This document shows, one piece after another, positions 30,208 to 41,100 of a stretch of DNA of 64,000 bases. Source of the DNA: Chloroflexota bacterium (lineage in GTDB: Bacteria > Chloroflexota > UBA11872 > VXOZ01); the NCBI GenBank assembly GCA_965221905.1, contig OZ244922.1, positions 512,001 through 576,000 on the forward strand, read 5' to 3'. Every line of letters starts with the position of its first letter. Position 1 is the first letter of the stretch. Position numbers and translations under genes: made by a program. The notes under the pieces are model-generated. The model did not search any database. It had not been told where the DNA came from and saw nothing but the letters and a program-made list of their open reading frames with translations.

Positions 30208-31230
30208 CTACGCCTTGTAGCAGGCCACAACCTGGACTTGGCCCTTTTGTTCGAGAGGCGGGTGGTCATTGGTCTCGCAGAATTCATCGGCTTGGGGGCA
30301 GCGCTCGTAAAAGCGGCACTGGGCCGGGGGGTTTACCACCGTAGAAATGCCGCCTTTGATCAAGACCGGCGGGCGCGTAACCGTGGGATCGGGGACCGGC
30401 ACTGCCGAGAGCAGCGCTTTGGTATAGGGGTGCTGCGGGTGCCGCAGTATCGCTTCCGTTTCGCCGATCTCGACTATTTTGCCGAGATACATCACGGCGA
30501 TGCGGCTGCACATGTAGCGTGCCACCGCTAAGTCGTGGGTAATGTAGAGGTAGCTGATACCCAACCGGTCGGCCAACTCTGCCATGAGACGCATAACGCC
30601 GGTTCTCACCGAGACGTCCAGCATCGAGGTCGGCTCGTCAGCAACGACGAAAGAAGGCTCTACCACCAGCGCCCTGGCGATAGCTACCCGCTGCCGTTGA
30701 CCCCCGGAGAGTTCATGGGGGAAACGGAAGAGAAAGGTACGCGGCGGCGTCAGGCCGACGAGTGCGAGCATCTCGGTTACGCGGTCGAGGCGGTCCACCA
30801 GGCTGCCAATCTCTTGCACCTGCAGCGGCTCGGCTATGGTATCGAAAATCGTGCGCCGGGGGTTCATGGATTCGTACGGGTCCTGAAAAATAATCTGCGC
30901 GTGCCTTCTAAAGGCCTTTAGCGGTTTGCCGTGCAGCGTGGCAATGTCCGTGGGCTCGCCCGTGCCGTCGTCAAAGATGACGTGACCGCCGGTGGGGTCC
31001 ACCAGGCGCACCAGCAGTTTGCCGGTGGTGGTCTTGCCGCACCCGGATTCGCCGACCAACCCCAAGCTCTCACCTCTTGCCAGGGTGAAGTTGATGTCGT
31101 CCACCGCATGAATGAAGCGCCGATTGCGCCGAAAGCGGGACGTGGCGGCGGGGAAGTGCTTGCGCAGACCTTCTACCCGAAGCAAGGGGCGGGCATCACT
31201 GGAGGGCGTCGGTTGAGCCGTCTCGCGCAT
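30208..31230 (-). CDS. oppF: Oligopeptide/dipeptide ABC transporter ATP-binding protein
   Basis: GESGCGKT, LSGGQRQR, DEPT, HPQHPYT. Confidence 0.9.
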   Translation of the reverse strand: MRETAQPTPSSDARPLLRVEGLRKHFPAATSRFRRNRRFIHAVDDINFTLARGESLGLVGESGCGKTTTGKLLVRLVDPTGGHVIFDDGTGEPTDIATLHGKPLKAFRRHAQIIFQDPYESMNPRRTIFDTIAEPLQVQEIGSLVDRLDRVTEMLALVGLTPPRTFLFRFPHELSGGQRQRVAIARALVVEPSFVVADEPTSMLDVSVRTGVMRLMAELADRLGISYLYITHDLAVARYMCSRIAVMYLGKIVEIGETEAILRHPQHPYTKALLSAVPVPDPTVTRPPVLIKGGISTVVNPPAQCRFYERCPQADEFCETNDHPPLEQKGQVQVVACYKA

Positions 31231-31234
31231 CGTC

Positions 31235-32200
31235 CTAATCTCCCGGTGGATTCCAGCAGTCGGCCCATTGCTCGCCGTGGCGCACAGTGGGCGGCTCTTG
31301 CTCGGCGCACACGTCCGTGGCGTAGGGGCAGCGCGGATGGAAGCGGCAGCCCGTTGGCAACGCCAGCGGATTGGGCAGATCTCCGGCCAGCGTCGCCAGT
31401 TCGTGTTTCTCACCGGTCACGCTGGGGAATGCCGACATGAGCGCGCGCGTATAGGGGTGGATGGGGCGCTTGAAAACAGTCTCGGCGTCGCCGTATTCCA
31501 CGATCTTGCCCGCGTACATCACGGCCACGACATCGCTCACCTCGGCAATCACGGCCATATCGTGCGAAATGTAGAGCATGCTCATGTCCAGCTCTTGCCG
31601 GATTTTCCGCAGTTCGCGCAATATATGGTCTTGGACGATGACGTCCAAGGCGGTAGTGGGCTCGTCAGCGATGATGAGATCGGGATCGCACGCAAGCGCC
31701 ATGGCGATGATCGCGCGCTGTTTCATGCCGCCGCTGTACTCATGCGGATAGCGCTGGATGTACCCAGGGTCGAGATTCACAAGTTCATATAATTCGTGAA
31801 CGCGCTTGATCAAATCCTTGCGAGCGGACTTAACGTGTTGTTCCAGCGCCTCGATGATCTGGTCGCCGACTCGGTACACGGGGTCCAGGGCGTTCATCGC
31901 GGACTGAAAGACCATGGCAATGCGATTCCAGCGGTAGGCACGCATCTCTTCTGCGGAGAGCGTCATGATGTCGGTGCCGTCTAGCACAACCCTGCCGCCA
32001 AGAATCTGGGCGTTTTCCGGTAGAAGCCTCAGGAGGGCCAGGGCCAGTGACGACTTTCCGCAACCAGACTCTCCCACTAGTCCCAGTACCTGTCCTCTCT
32101 CCACAATGAGAGAAACGCCGTCAACGGCGCGCACGACACCGGCGCGCGTGTTGTAGTGTACGGTTAGGTCTTCGACGGCAAGCAAAGGGGAGCCGTTCAT
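31235..32200 (-). CDS. oppD: Oligopeptide/dipeptide ABC transporter ATP-binding protein
   Basis: GESGCGKS, YSGGMKQR, DEPTTALD, GCRFHPRC. Confidence 0.9.
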   Translation of the reverse strand: MNGSPLLAVEDLTVHYNTRAGVVRAVDGVSLIVERGQVLGLVGESGCGKSSLALALLRLLPENAQILGGRVVLDGTDIMTLSAEEMRAYRWNRIAMVFQSAMNALDPVYRVGDQIIEALEQHVKSARKDLIKRVHELYELVNLDPGYIQRYPHEYSGGMKQRAIIAMALACDPDLIIADEPTTALDVIVQDHILRELRKIRQELDMSMLYISHDMAVIAEVSDVVAVMYAGKIVEYGDAETVFKRPIHPYTRALMSAFPSVTGEKHELATLAGDLPNPLALPTGCRFHPRCPYATDVCAEQEPPTVRHGEQWADCWNPPGD

Positions 32201-33147
32201 TGACGCCGCAACCTCGGATTGATAACTTCATCCATTGCTCGCCCTACCAAATAGAACGACGAGCAGAGCAGCGTGATGGAGAGGCTAGCTGGAAATATCA
32301 GCCACCAGTACTTGCCGACTTGCAGCAGGTAGCCAGCCGCTTCGGTGGTGTGGATCATGAGGCCCCAACTCATGCGTATGTCCAGCAGCCCCAAGAAACT
32401 CAAGACTGCTTCCGCAAAAATGGCGCCGGTTACGGTAAACATCATGTAGAGAAACGAGAGCGGCAGAAGGTTGGGGACAATGTGGATGAAGATAATGTGC
32501 GCCGGGCCCCCGCCGGCGGCGCGCGCGGCTTCGATATACGGCTTGACAACCACGGCAAGCGCCTGGGACTTCAAGAGAATGCTGGCGCCGCCAAATCCCG
32601 ACAGGATGCCGATGATGAGCGCCAACTCGAAGTGCTCCACCCCGATCAGTGCGCTCAAGACGATGAGGATACTGATTCCCGGCATCATAACCATGAGGTC
32701 GGCAAAGCGCATCAGTATGGTATCAACCACGCCGCCATAGTACGCCGCGACTGCGCCGACCGTCGTGCCAATGGTGACGGTGACCACGGCGGCAAGCAGA
32801 CCCAGCAAGAACTCGGACCGGGCGCTATGCATAAGCTGACTCAGGACATCCCGCCCTAGGGGATCAGTGCCGAGCAGATGGCTCAGGCTGGGGGGCGCAG
32901 GCTGGCGGGTCTCATCAAACGCGTATCCGACAACAGGATCATAGACTCTCTCCTCCCAAACGGTGTTCATAAGAATCGGATGGGCAAGGGCGAGCCCCAG
33001 ATAAAAAACGATGATCACGAGGCCGATTACGCCGATTCGCGTGCCGAGAAAGAGCGACCAGTTCTCGCGCAGGCTTCGCATGGCCAAGGCGAGCCGCACT
33101 CTCCTGAGCGAAGGCGCAGCGCTTTGGGGGGCAACGTCCACAGCCAC
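32197..33147 (-). CDS. oppC: Oligopeptide/dipeptide ABC transporter permease
   Basis: HLLGTD.LGRD, EAA loop, NPRLR end. Confidence 0.9.
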   Translation of the reverse strand: MAVDVAPQSAAPSLRRVRLALAMRSLRENWSLFLGTRIGVIGLVIIVFYLGLALAHPILMNTVWEERVYDPVVGYAFDETRQPAPPSLSHLLGTDPLGRDVLSQLMHSARSEFLLGLLAAVVTVTIGTTVGAVAAYYGGVVDTILMRFADLMVMMPGISILIVLSALIGVEHFELALIIGILSGFGGASILLKSQALAVVVKPYIEAARAAGGGPAHIIFIHIVPNLLPLSFLYMMFTVTGAIFAEAVLSFLGLLDIRMSWGLMIHTTEAAGYLLQVGKYWWLIFPASLSITLLCSSFYLVGRAMDEVINPRLRRQ

Positions 33148-34295
33148 TAGTACCTAATCCTTGGGTCCAAAAAGACGTAAATCACGTCCACAGCCAAGTG
33201 GGCGAGCAGTACGAAAATGCCTACGAAGACGAACGCGCCGACCGCCAGGGGCAGGTCTTCCGCTACTGCCGCCGACACCAGCGTCTGCCCCATGCCGGGC
33301 CACGAAAAGACCGACTCGATGATGACGCCGCCATCGACGGCAAACGCCAGGCTGAATACCAGGCTGGTCACCACCGGCAGCAGGGCGTTGCGCGCAACGT
33401 GCTTATCGCGCACTGCCTTTTCCGGTAGACCTTTGGCACGGGCCGCCAGCACGAAGTCCTCGCGCATGGTCTCCAACATGCTGTTGCGCGTGAGCAGCAT
33501 GGTGCCGGCAAAGCTAATCAAAGTCAGTGTAAACACCGGCAGGATCATGTGCTTGATGATGTCCCAGGCCAGCTCACCGAATCCGGTCGCCCGCCAAACG
33601 CCGATCATCACGCCGACGGCTACCACCAAGCTGCCAAGTTGGATGAGCCGCGCTCCCGCCACTCGCAGCCGCGTCGTGACGACGAAGACGGCAAACACGA
33701 TGATGGAAAGCGCCAACGCCGTGAGCATCATGCGACCGAATAGGGTGTTCGCGTCGATAGGGGCCTCCAGCCACAGAATTGGGTCCAGGAACTTGCCGAT
33801 GGGAAACCACCCCGCCTTGAAGGCAAAGAGCCAGATCATCATGAGGGCGAACCAGGGCGTGAAGACCGTGTATAGGGTGACGCCACCGAGGGTGGTTGCG
33901 TATTCGGTCCAGCCGCCGCGCTTCCAGGCTATGATCTTGCCCAGCATGAAACCCAAATAGAAGGAAAACACGGTGGCGGTGAAGAAGAGCGCCACGGTGC
34001 GCGGCAGGCGCTCGGCAATGACGTCGGCCACGCTGCGGGGGTAGTGGCTAAAGGAAACGCCAAAGCTGCCGGTGAAGACATTCTTGACATAGACGAGGAA
34101 CTGCTGCCACAGCGGCTGGTTGAGCCCGAATTGGGCTTGCAGCCGCTCCCGGGCATCCGGCGGCAATTCTGGATTCATCGCATATACGTTGCTAATGTCG
34201 CCCGGCTGGGCGTTTACCAAGAAGAAGACGATGCAGATGAATGCGAACAGAGTCAGCAGTATCTGAATCGTCCTGCTAAGAAGATAGGAAGCCAT
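33147..34295 (-). CDS. oppB: Oligopeptide/dipeptide ABC transporter permease
   Basis: ARAKGL, ESVFSWPGMG, LDPRIRY end. Confidence 0.9.
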   Translation of the reverse strand: MASYLLSRTIQILLTLFAFICIVFFLVNAQPGDISNVYAMNPELPPDARERLQAQFGLNQPLWQQFLVYVKNVFTGSFGVSFSHYPRSVADVIAERLPRTVALFFTATVFSFYLGFMLGKIIAWKRGGWTEYATTLGGVTLYTVFTPWFALMMIWLFAFKAGWFPIGKFLDPILWLEAPIDANTLFGRMMLTALALSIIVFAVFVVTTRLRVAGARLIQLGSLVVAVGVMIGVWRATGFGELAWDIIKHMILPVFTLTLISFAGTMLLTRNSMLETMREDFVLAARAKGLPEKAVRDKHVARNALLPVVTSLVFSLAFAVDGGVIIESVFSWPGMGQTLVSAAVAEDLPLAVGAFVFVGIFVLLAHLAVDVIYVFLDPRIRY

Positions 34296-34594
34296 CCCCG
34301 GTCACCACCCATTGCGATTGACTATTGCGCTTCATTATTCACACTCGCGGCTTTGGCGTCAAACTGCTCAGCGGAATAGGGAGAAGAAGGAAACCAAATC
34401 CATCCCTACTACCAATGGGATAGGTAGAGTTCCCGGTGCGGGAAAGTCTATGACTTTTCAGAGGCAGCCAGTTTCGGTTGTAGCTCCAGCAAAGAGAGTG
34501 CTTCTGTCCACGCCGTTTCATGACTTCCATCGATGGAGTGCACGTTGTGACGATACCGGACACTTCCGCCTGCGGCGACGGAATTGCAATAAGA

Positions 34595-34627
34595 GAGGCG
34601 CTGGACGCTATGAACGTCCAGCGCCTC
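34595..34627 (-). terminator. Hairpin terminator/attenuator between oppA and oppB
   Basis: 13-bp stem GAGGCGCTGGACG/CGTCCAGCGCCTC followed by TCTTATT on the minus strand. Confidence 0.6.
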
Positions 34628-34656
34628 CCAATTAGACGCGGGTTAGCGCCTGTTTC

Positions 34657-36648
34657 TTACTTGATGACTACTGACGTCTGCATGCCGCTCACGCCTTCCA
34701 GTCCGCCGAGAACCTCCGTATACGGAAACTCGACACTGGAGGGCCGATACGAGTCCAGCTTGGGAATGGTGAAGAGCGTCACGTAAGGCAGGTCTTCGGC
34801 AAGGAAATTCTGTAACTGGAAGACCTTATCACGAGCGCCCTCGATGGTCGTCTCGGAGAGCAGACTGAATGAAATTGAGTCGAACTCCGGATTGGCATAG
34901 CCACCCCAGTTGTAGCCGCCGTCATTCTCCGGCGCGTGGCGACCGTTGAAGAAGACCTCCAGGTAGTCTGGGAAGAGGCTCAAGCTCCAGCCCAGGATCC
35001 ACATGTCCAAGTCTTCGCCCACGGTGTCGCTGAACAGCACGCCCACAATGACGTTGAAACCGGTGAGGTTTGCCCGCACCGGGATGCCGACGTCATTCAA
35101 CCAACGCTCGATCCAAATTGCGAACGTAGCGCGCAGCGGATCGTATCCCGCGCTGGGAGCAATGATTGTCAGCGCTGGCACGTCCGAGCCGTCGGGCAGC
35201 TTGAGGCCCTTGCCCGCCTTGGCGACGAAATTGCCGTCTTCGCTGATTTCCGGCTCTTCCTCATAAGTGAAGCCTGCGCTCTTGAGCAGTTCCACGGCCT
35301 TCTGCAGCCTTTCGCCTCTGCTCAGGCCTGCGCCGAGGCTTGGCGTATCGGCGTTGTACCACGCCGCATTGCCGGACGGCACCATAGAATACGCGGGGAT
35401 GGCCGCACCTTGCAGCACGGTCTGAGTGACAAACTCCTTGTCGATCATGATCGCCACCGCTTGCCGGAACTCGCGGATGCTCATGGGCTCCTTGCGCACG
35501 TTAAACCCAAGGTAGAACATGCCGTTATCCAGATTGGTGACGATATTAAGGTCGCCCGCCGCTTGGATGCGCTCGCGGAAACCTTTCTCCAGCCCCAGGG
35601 GGTTGAAGACGTAGTCAATGTCGCCCTTGGTCAGGGCCAGAATGGCGGCATCCTGGTTGCCGTAGATGCTGAACAGGGTGGACTCCACGTGCGGGCCGAC
35701 CGTATACTCCAGCTCTTTGTCACCGCCGGCCTCACCGAAATACGTGGCGGTGTAGCCGAGCCGCTCGTTCGCCTCCACCAAGGTGCCGCTGGCGTACCGC
35801 GTTATAACGGAGCCGGTGGCGTAGTAGTTCTCGGCCCTACGGTTCTCAAAGAACGCGCCCGGTTCCCACTTGCCGAACATAAAGCCGCCCAGCGTGGGAT
35901 CGTTATCAGGCACGTGCGCCATGAGCGCTTCGATCTGAGCCTCAGCTTCGCCGGCCGTCTTGGCTTCGGCGACCACGGGGGCCCAGTAGTGCTCCGGCAG
36001 AATTGGCATGAAGGCCAGCCCAAACTGCCAGACGCTTAGGCCGGGTGTCTGCGGATTGCCTTCTGCGTCTGTAGACTTGAAGAAAATCTTGATCCGATGG
36101 CTGTCAATGGCTTCAATGCGATCGATGAAGGCGGGGTCCACGACTGAGCCAAAGTTGCCGCTAATGCCCATCTCGAGCACAGTGTGCGCCGTAAAGATAA
36201 CGTCGTCCGCCGTCAGTTCCTCGCCGTCACTCCACAGGATGCCCGCTCTAATGGGCACCTCGGTGGTCCAGTATTCCGTGCCGTCGACGGTCTCTTTCGT
36301 CAGATCCGTCGGGAAGTCAGCCGCTAGACTTGGGACCCACTCGAAATTCTGGTCCGAGTAGCCAAAGAGCGCTCCGGTCCATCCGCTCAGGACGTACTGC
36401 GTCCAGACCGAGCCGCCGGGACCGCCGAAATAGTTCCAGAAGTTACGCGTGATCGGCTCCTCGAAGATGCCCATGCTGTAAATCTGCGGGCCGGCTTCTT
36501 CCACAGGCGCTTCAACTGCTTCCTCTACGGTCGCGGCCTCCGGCGCGGCCGACGGCTGCTGCGCGCACGCCGCGAGCGCCACCGCCACAAAGGCGGCGAG
36601 CACAAAAATGGCCGCTCTCATCCAAAGCGATCTAATCATCGGAACCAC
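34657..36648 (-). CDS. oppA: ABC transporter family-5 substrate-binding lipoprotein
   Basis: Lipobox LAAC, WSDGEELTADDV.FT, operon context. Confidence 0.9.
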   Translation of the reverse strand: MVPMIRSLWMRAAIFVLAAFVAVALAACAQQPSAAPEAATVEEAVEAPVEEAGPQIYSMGIFEEPITRNFWNYFGGPGGSVWTQYVLSGWTGALFGYSDQNFEWVPSLAADFPTDLTKETVDGTEYWTTEVPIRAGILWSDGEELTADDVIFTAHTVLEMGISGNFGSVVDPAFIDRIEAIDSHRIKIFFKSTDAEGNPQTPGLSVWQFGLAFMPILPEHYWAPVVAEAKTAGEAEAQIEALMAHVPDNDPTLGGFMFGKWEPGAFFENRRAENYYATGSVITRYASGTLVEANERLGYTATYFGEAGGDKELEYTVGPHVESTLFSIYGNQDAAILALTKGDIDYVFNPLGLEKGFRERIQAAGDLNIVTNLDNGMFYLGFNVRKEPMSIREFRQAVAIMIDKEFVTQTVLQGAAIPAYSMVPSGNAAWYNADTPSLGAGLSRGERLQKAVELLKSAGFTYEEEPEISEDGNFVAKAGKGLKLPDGSDVPALTIIAPSAGYDPLRATFAIWIERWLNDVGIPVRANLTGFNVIVGVLFSDTVGEDLDMWILGWSLSLFPDYLEVFFNGRHAPENDGGYNWGGYANPEFDSISFSLLSETTIEGARDKVFQLQNFLAEDLPYVTLFTIPKLDSYRPSSVEFPYTEVLGGLEGVSGMQTSVVIK

Positions 36649-37056
36649 TCCTTTGCATTACAATCACGCTAGCAGCACTCCTCGTCACCAAAGCCCGCGC
36701 GGCCTTCTCGATCCGTCATTCCCCGCGAAAGCGGGAACCCATCTCCCCAACTGATCCCCGACAGGGCCGTACCCCTACGAAGAACTGCTGCACCTTTACG
36801 TACTACGCCCTAAGTGTACACGTTGCATCGCGCCCGTCAAGTTTCTGATGGATCAGAACAACAGAGTTGGCCGCATAGATGAAGCGGTCGCCACAATGCC
36901 GCTGACACACGGTTAACCCGAGCAAATGAGGACTCTTTAGTTGCTAAGGCTCGAAGGTCTTGGAACATGAAGTGCGTTAGCAAAAGGAGATCCCTGCAAA
37001 GCCTTTGTCGGTAGCAAGAACCCTCTTACCTCGCGCCTTAGTTTCCTAATCCTGGG

Positions 37057-37200
37057 GAGACCTTTGGATAACGCCGTCATTCCGGCGAAAGCCGGAATCC
37101 AGAGGTGCAAGAGTGTTCGCCGCTACTAGCCCATCAACTCACTTTTCGCCCCCATCCCGGCCTTCCTCCGTCAAAAGGGAAGGGGTTCCACAAAGGTCTG
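37057..37200. mobile_element. MITE copy with CTGGG target duplication
   Basis: GAGACCTTTG...CAAAGGTCTG ends; CTGGG at 37052-37056 and 37201-37205. Confidence 0.8.
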
Positions 37201-37405
37201 CTGGGGAGAGAACCAGGGCCTGTCCGTACTTGAAACGGGGGTGAGGCGAATTCTAGTCAGCTTAGCCCCTAAGCCAAGTAGCTTGAATACTCGAGCGCGT
37301 CGTGTTGCTTGTGCTATAGTTCCCTCTCCTGGGGGCGAGGGCGAGATCCGGTTCCCCGACCGGTCGGCAATCTAACGCCAAAGCGCCAAAATGTGGTGCC
37401 CCTTA

Positions 37406-37440
37406 TTGCAAGCATGCTTATAGCATGCTATTGTCATGCT
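37406..37440 (+). promoter_or_regulatory. vapBC promoter with AGCATGCT operator palindromes; leaderless
   Basis: TTGCAA-17-TATTGT-6-ATG; AGCATGCT at 37411 and 37422. Confidence 0.7.
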
Positions 37441-37674
37441 ATGGCGAACCTGCAAGTAAAGAACATACCGGACGAACTGCACGAGCGTCTGCGCCGCCAC
37501 GCGCGTGAGCAAAATTGCACCATGAGCGCGGTGGTGCTGATTGCCGTGGAACGTGAGTTGTCCCGCTCGGAGTGGCGCGAGCGCCTGGCCCAACGCCCTC
37601 GGACCGACCTCGGAGTGGCGGCGGCAGACTTGCTGCAGGCAGAGCGCGCGCACCGCGAGCGGGAGATCGAGTGA
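37441..37674 (+). CDS. vapB: Ribbon-helix-helix antitoxin (FitA/VapB-like)
   Basis: MANLQVKNIPDELHERLRRHA; GTGA overlap with the toxin gene. Confidence 0.85.
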   Translation: MANLQVKNIPDELHERLRRHAREQNCTMSAVVLIAVERELSRSEWRERLAQRPRTDLGVAAADLLQAERAHREREIE

Positions 37675-38072
37675 CCCGCTACGTTGTCGACGCCTCAGTG
37701 GCGGTGGAGTATCTCCTGCGGACTCCCGTGGGCGAATCGGTGGCGGAATTGCTCGAGAGCGCCGTGTTGCTCGCGCCAGAACTGATGGACGCTGAAGTGC
37801 TGTCGGTCTTACGCCGCGCCGTGCTGCACGGACATCTGGAGGAAACGCGTGCGCAGCAGGCCGTGGACGACTTGGTCCACTGGCCCGTCGAGCGCATCTC
37901 CCACCGCGCCCTCGCCCCCCTCGCCTGGCAGTACCGCCACAATCTCAGTGCCTACGACGCCTTCTACGTCGCCACCGCCCGCGTCCACGACCTCCCCCTC
38001 CTCACCACCGACGCTAGGCTCTCCCGCGCACCCAGCCTGGACATCGCTGTACAATATGTTCGAATGGGTTGA
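37671..38072 (+). CDS. vapC: PIN-domain toxin
   Basis: VVDASV, E, SAYDA.YV, LLTTDARL. Confidence 0.9.
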   Translation: MTRYVVDASVAVEYLLRTPVGESVAELLESAVLLAPELMDAEVLSVLRRAVLHGHLEETRAQQAVDDLVHWPVERISHRALAPLAWQYRHNLSAYDAFYVATARVHDLPLLTTDARLSRAPSLDIAVQYVRMG

Positions 38073-38112
38073 CTGCACAGAAAGGCCTTCTTGAGAGGTC
38101 TGATCTACGCCT

Positions 38113-41100
38113 ATGAACTCCAAGAAGCTAGTCGCCGCAGTTGAATCGTACTTTGCTGCTTTGCGAGAGATACGCGCTACCGGCGGGGCGACCGACGAAC
38201 GCTCACTCTATCCGCCGCTGTCTGCGCTACTAAATGCCGTCGGTGACACGCTCAAGCCCAAGGTTCACTGTGTTAGCGACATGGCCGACCAAGGCGCGGG
38301 GCATCCCGATTTCGGCCTCTATGTTAAGCGCAAGTCATCCGGCTCGTCCTCGAAAGCGGGTATGAAACCGAGCGACGGTGACTTGCCGGAGCGCGGCGTT
38401 GTGGAGGTCAAGTCTCTCGGTGACGACGCGTGGGTGACTGCCGAGAGCGCGCAAGTAAGCCGCTATTGGAACCGTTACCGGCTTGTACTGGTGACGAATT
38501 ACCGCGACTTCGTGCTGTTGGGCGAGGATGCGCAGGGTCATCCCGCTCCACTAGAGACCTTCCGGCTGGCGGACAGCGCGGACGATTTCGAGCAGCGGCT
38601 GCAGAAGCCGCGCGCTTTTGCACGCGATGTTGGGCCCGGTTTGCGTGAATACCTCTGCCGGGCGCTCGCACACCGCGCGGTGCTCGCTGAGCCGCGGGAC
38701 TTGGCCTGGCTGCTCGCCTCCTACGCCCGCGACGGTCTGGCCCGCGTGGAGGCGGCGGGCGACTCTCCATCCTTAAACACGTTGCGTACGGCGCTGGAGG
38801 ACTCCCTCGGCGTTCGTTTCGAGGGCGAGCGCGGCGCGGCCTTCTTCCGTTCTACGCTCGTGCAGACGCTCTTCTACGGCGTCTTTTCTGCTTGGGTGTT
38901 GTGGTCGCGTCAGTTGCCGCCGCCGGTGGGCGGCTTCAACTGGCATGAAGCGGTCTGGCACCTGCGCGCGCCGGTGCTGCGGGCGCTCTTTCAGCAGCTC
39001 TCCGACCCAGGCCGCCTGCAGCCGCTGGGATTGGTCGAGGTGCTCGATTGGACCGCCGCAGCGCTGGACCGCGTGGACCGGGAAGCCTTTTTTGCCCGCT
39101 TCAGCGAAGGCGAGGCGGTGCCCTACTTCTACGAGCCGTTCCTGGAAGCCTTCGATCCCGCCCTGCGTAAGCAACTGGGCGTCTGGTACACGCCCACGGA
39201 AGTCGTGCGCTACATGGTGGCGCGGGTAGACAAGGCGCTCAAGGACGATCTCGGGATTGAGGACGGACTGGCGGCAGAGAATGTCTACGTGCTCGATCCC
39301 TGCTGCGGCACCGGCGCGTTCCTGGCGGAGACGCTGCGCCGCATAGCGGAGAATCTACAAAGTCGGGGACTGGGCGCGCTCACCGGCGCACGGGTGAAGC
39401 AGGCCGCCACGTCGCGAGTCTTCGGCTTCGAGATCATGCCCGCGCCATTCGTTGTTGCGCATCTCCAAGTCGGCCTCACCATGCAAGACCTCGACGCGCC
39501 GCTTGCGGATTCAGGGGACGAACGCGCCGGCATCTTTCTCACCAATGCCCTCACCGGCTGGGAGCCAAAGACGCAGAAGCCGCTGCCCTTTCCTGAACTG
39601 GAGCAAGAGCGCGAGCGCGCCGATCGGGTAAAGCAGGATGCGCCTATTCTAGTCGTGCTCGGCAATCCGCCTTACAACGGTTACGCGGGCATGGCGGTGG
39701 ATGAGGAACGGGTGCTTTCGGAGGCCTACCGCACCACCAAGCGGGTGCGCCGACCCGAAGGCCAGGGGCTGAACGATCTCTACGTCCGCTTCTTCCGCAT
39801 GGCCGAACGCCGCATCGCCGAGAAGACCGGCCAAGGCATCGTCTGCTTCATCTCCAACTACTCCTGGCTCGACGGCCTCTCGTTCACCGGCATGCGAGAG
39901 CGCTACTTAGAAGCGTTCGACGCCATCCGCATAGACAATCTACACGGTGACCGTATTATTTCCGAATATGCGCCTGACGGTCGGACAAGTGAAACAGTCT
40001 TTTCGATTCGTGGAAAGTCACCAGGCATCAAGATAGGCACAAGTATCACGATGCTATCAAAGACGTCTGCCAGTTCAACTGAAGGGAAACACGTCCTGTA
40101 CCGCGACTTTCACCAAGCACGGGCGGACGAAAGACGACAAGCGTTGATGGAAAGTCTCAACGCTGCCACAATCGATTCAGGATACGCGAGGACTGACCCC
40201 GACATTCGTCTTGGATTGCCTTTTAAGCCAATCGTAGTCAGCGACGAGTGGTTCGACTGGCCCGCACTGCCATGTCTCTTCCCGGCCCACTTTCCCGGTG
40301 TCACCACTAACCGTGACTCGTTTCTTGTCGATACTGATCTCGATCGGCTCCAGGCGCGGATAGCTGATTACTTCAATGCTGGATTGAGCCATGAGGAAAT
40401 TGCGCGCCGCTATCCAGTGGCAATGAAGGATACAACATCCGTTCACCTTGACGCACGATCGGTGCGCGAAGTCAGAATCAAAAATAGCGGTCTTGACGAC
40501 ACTGGGTTCCTTCGCTACGCTCATCGACCATTTGATAACCGGTGGCTCTACTGGGAATCGGACTCTGGTCTGTTGGCTCGCCCCAGCCCTGAATATAAGC
40601 CGCATGTATTTAAGGGGAACATTTTTATTGAGGCTCGCCAAAGAGAAGCCAGGGAATTTTTCTCGCGGGGAACTCCGGTTCGTCATCTTGCTGGCGATTT
40701 TGGAAACGGGCGGTCACACTATTTCCCTGCCTGGCTTCGCGACACCGGCCTCGGTACTGACGAGACCGATGTGCAGCGCATTCCCAACCTCTCGCCTGCC
40801 GCGCAACGCTACCTCGACCGTCTCGGCATGGGCGTAGAAGACCTTTTCTACCACGTGCTTGCCGTGCTCCACGATCCGGCATACCGTGAGGCCAACGCCG
40901 GTGCCCTGCGCATGGAGTGGCCGCGCATCCCGCTGCCCGGATGGACCGTGTTTTCCGCACCGGCCTTGCGTAGGGGCGGTTCGCGAACCGCCCCTACGGT
41001 CGCAGTAAATGGGAACGCACCCTCTGCAGACCAATCCGTCATTCCGGCGCAAGCCGGAATCCAGTCTCCTACCGAAACAGCAGACTCCTCCGTCATTCCC

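Noticed and set aside
34936-36039. Long antisense or overlapping ORFs (for example 34936-36039, 19129-20166, 54675-55658)
   Set aside because: Shadow ORFs opposite well-supported genes in high-GC DNA
37236-37246. att-site duplication of the tRNA-Met 3' end (CGGGGGTGAG)
   Set aside because: Only a 10-bp match, it lies within a REP-family sequence, and there is no integrase
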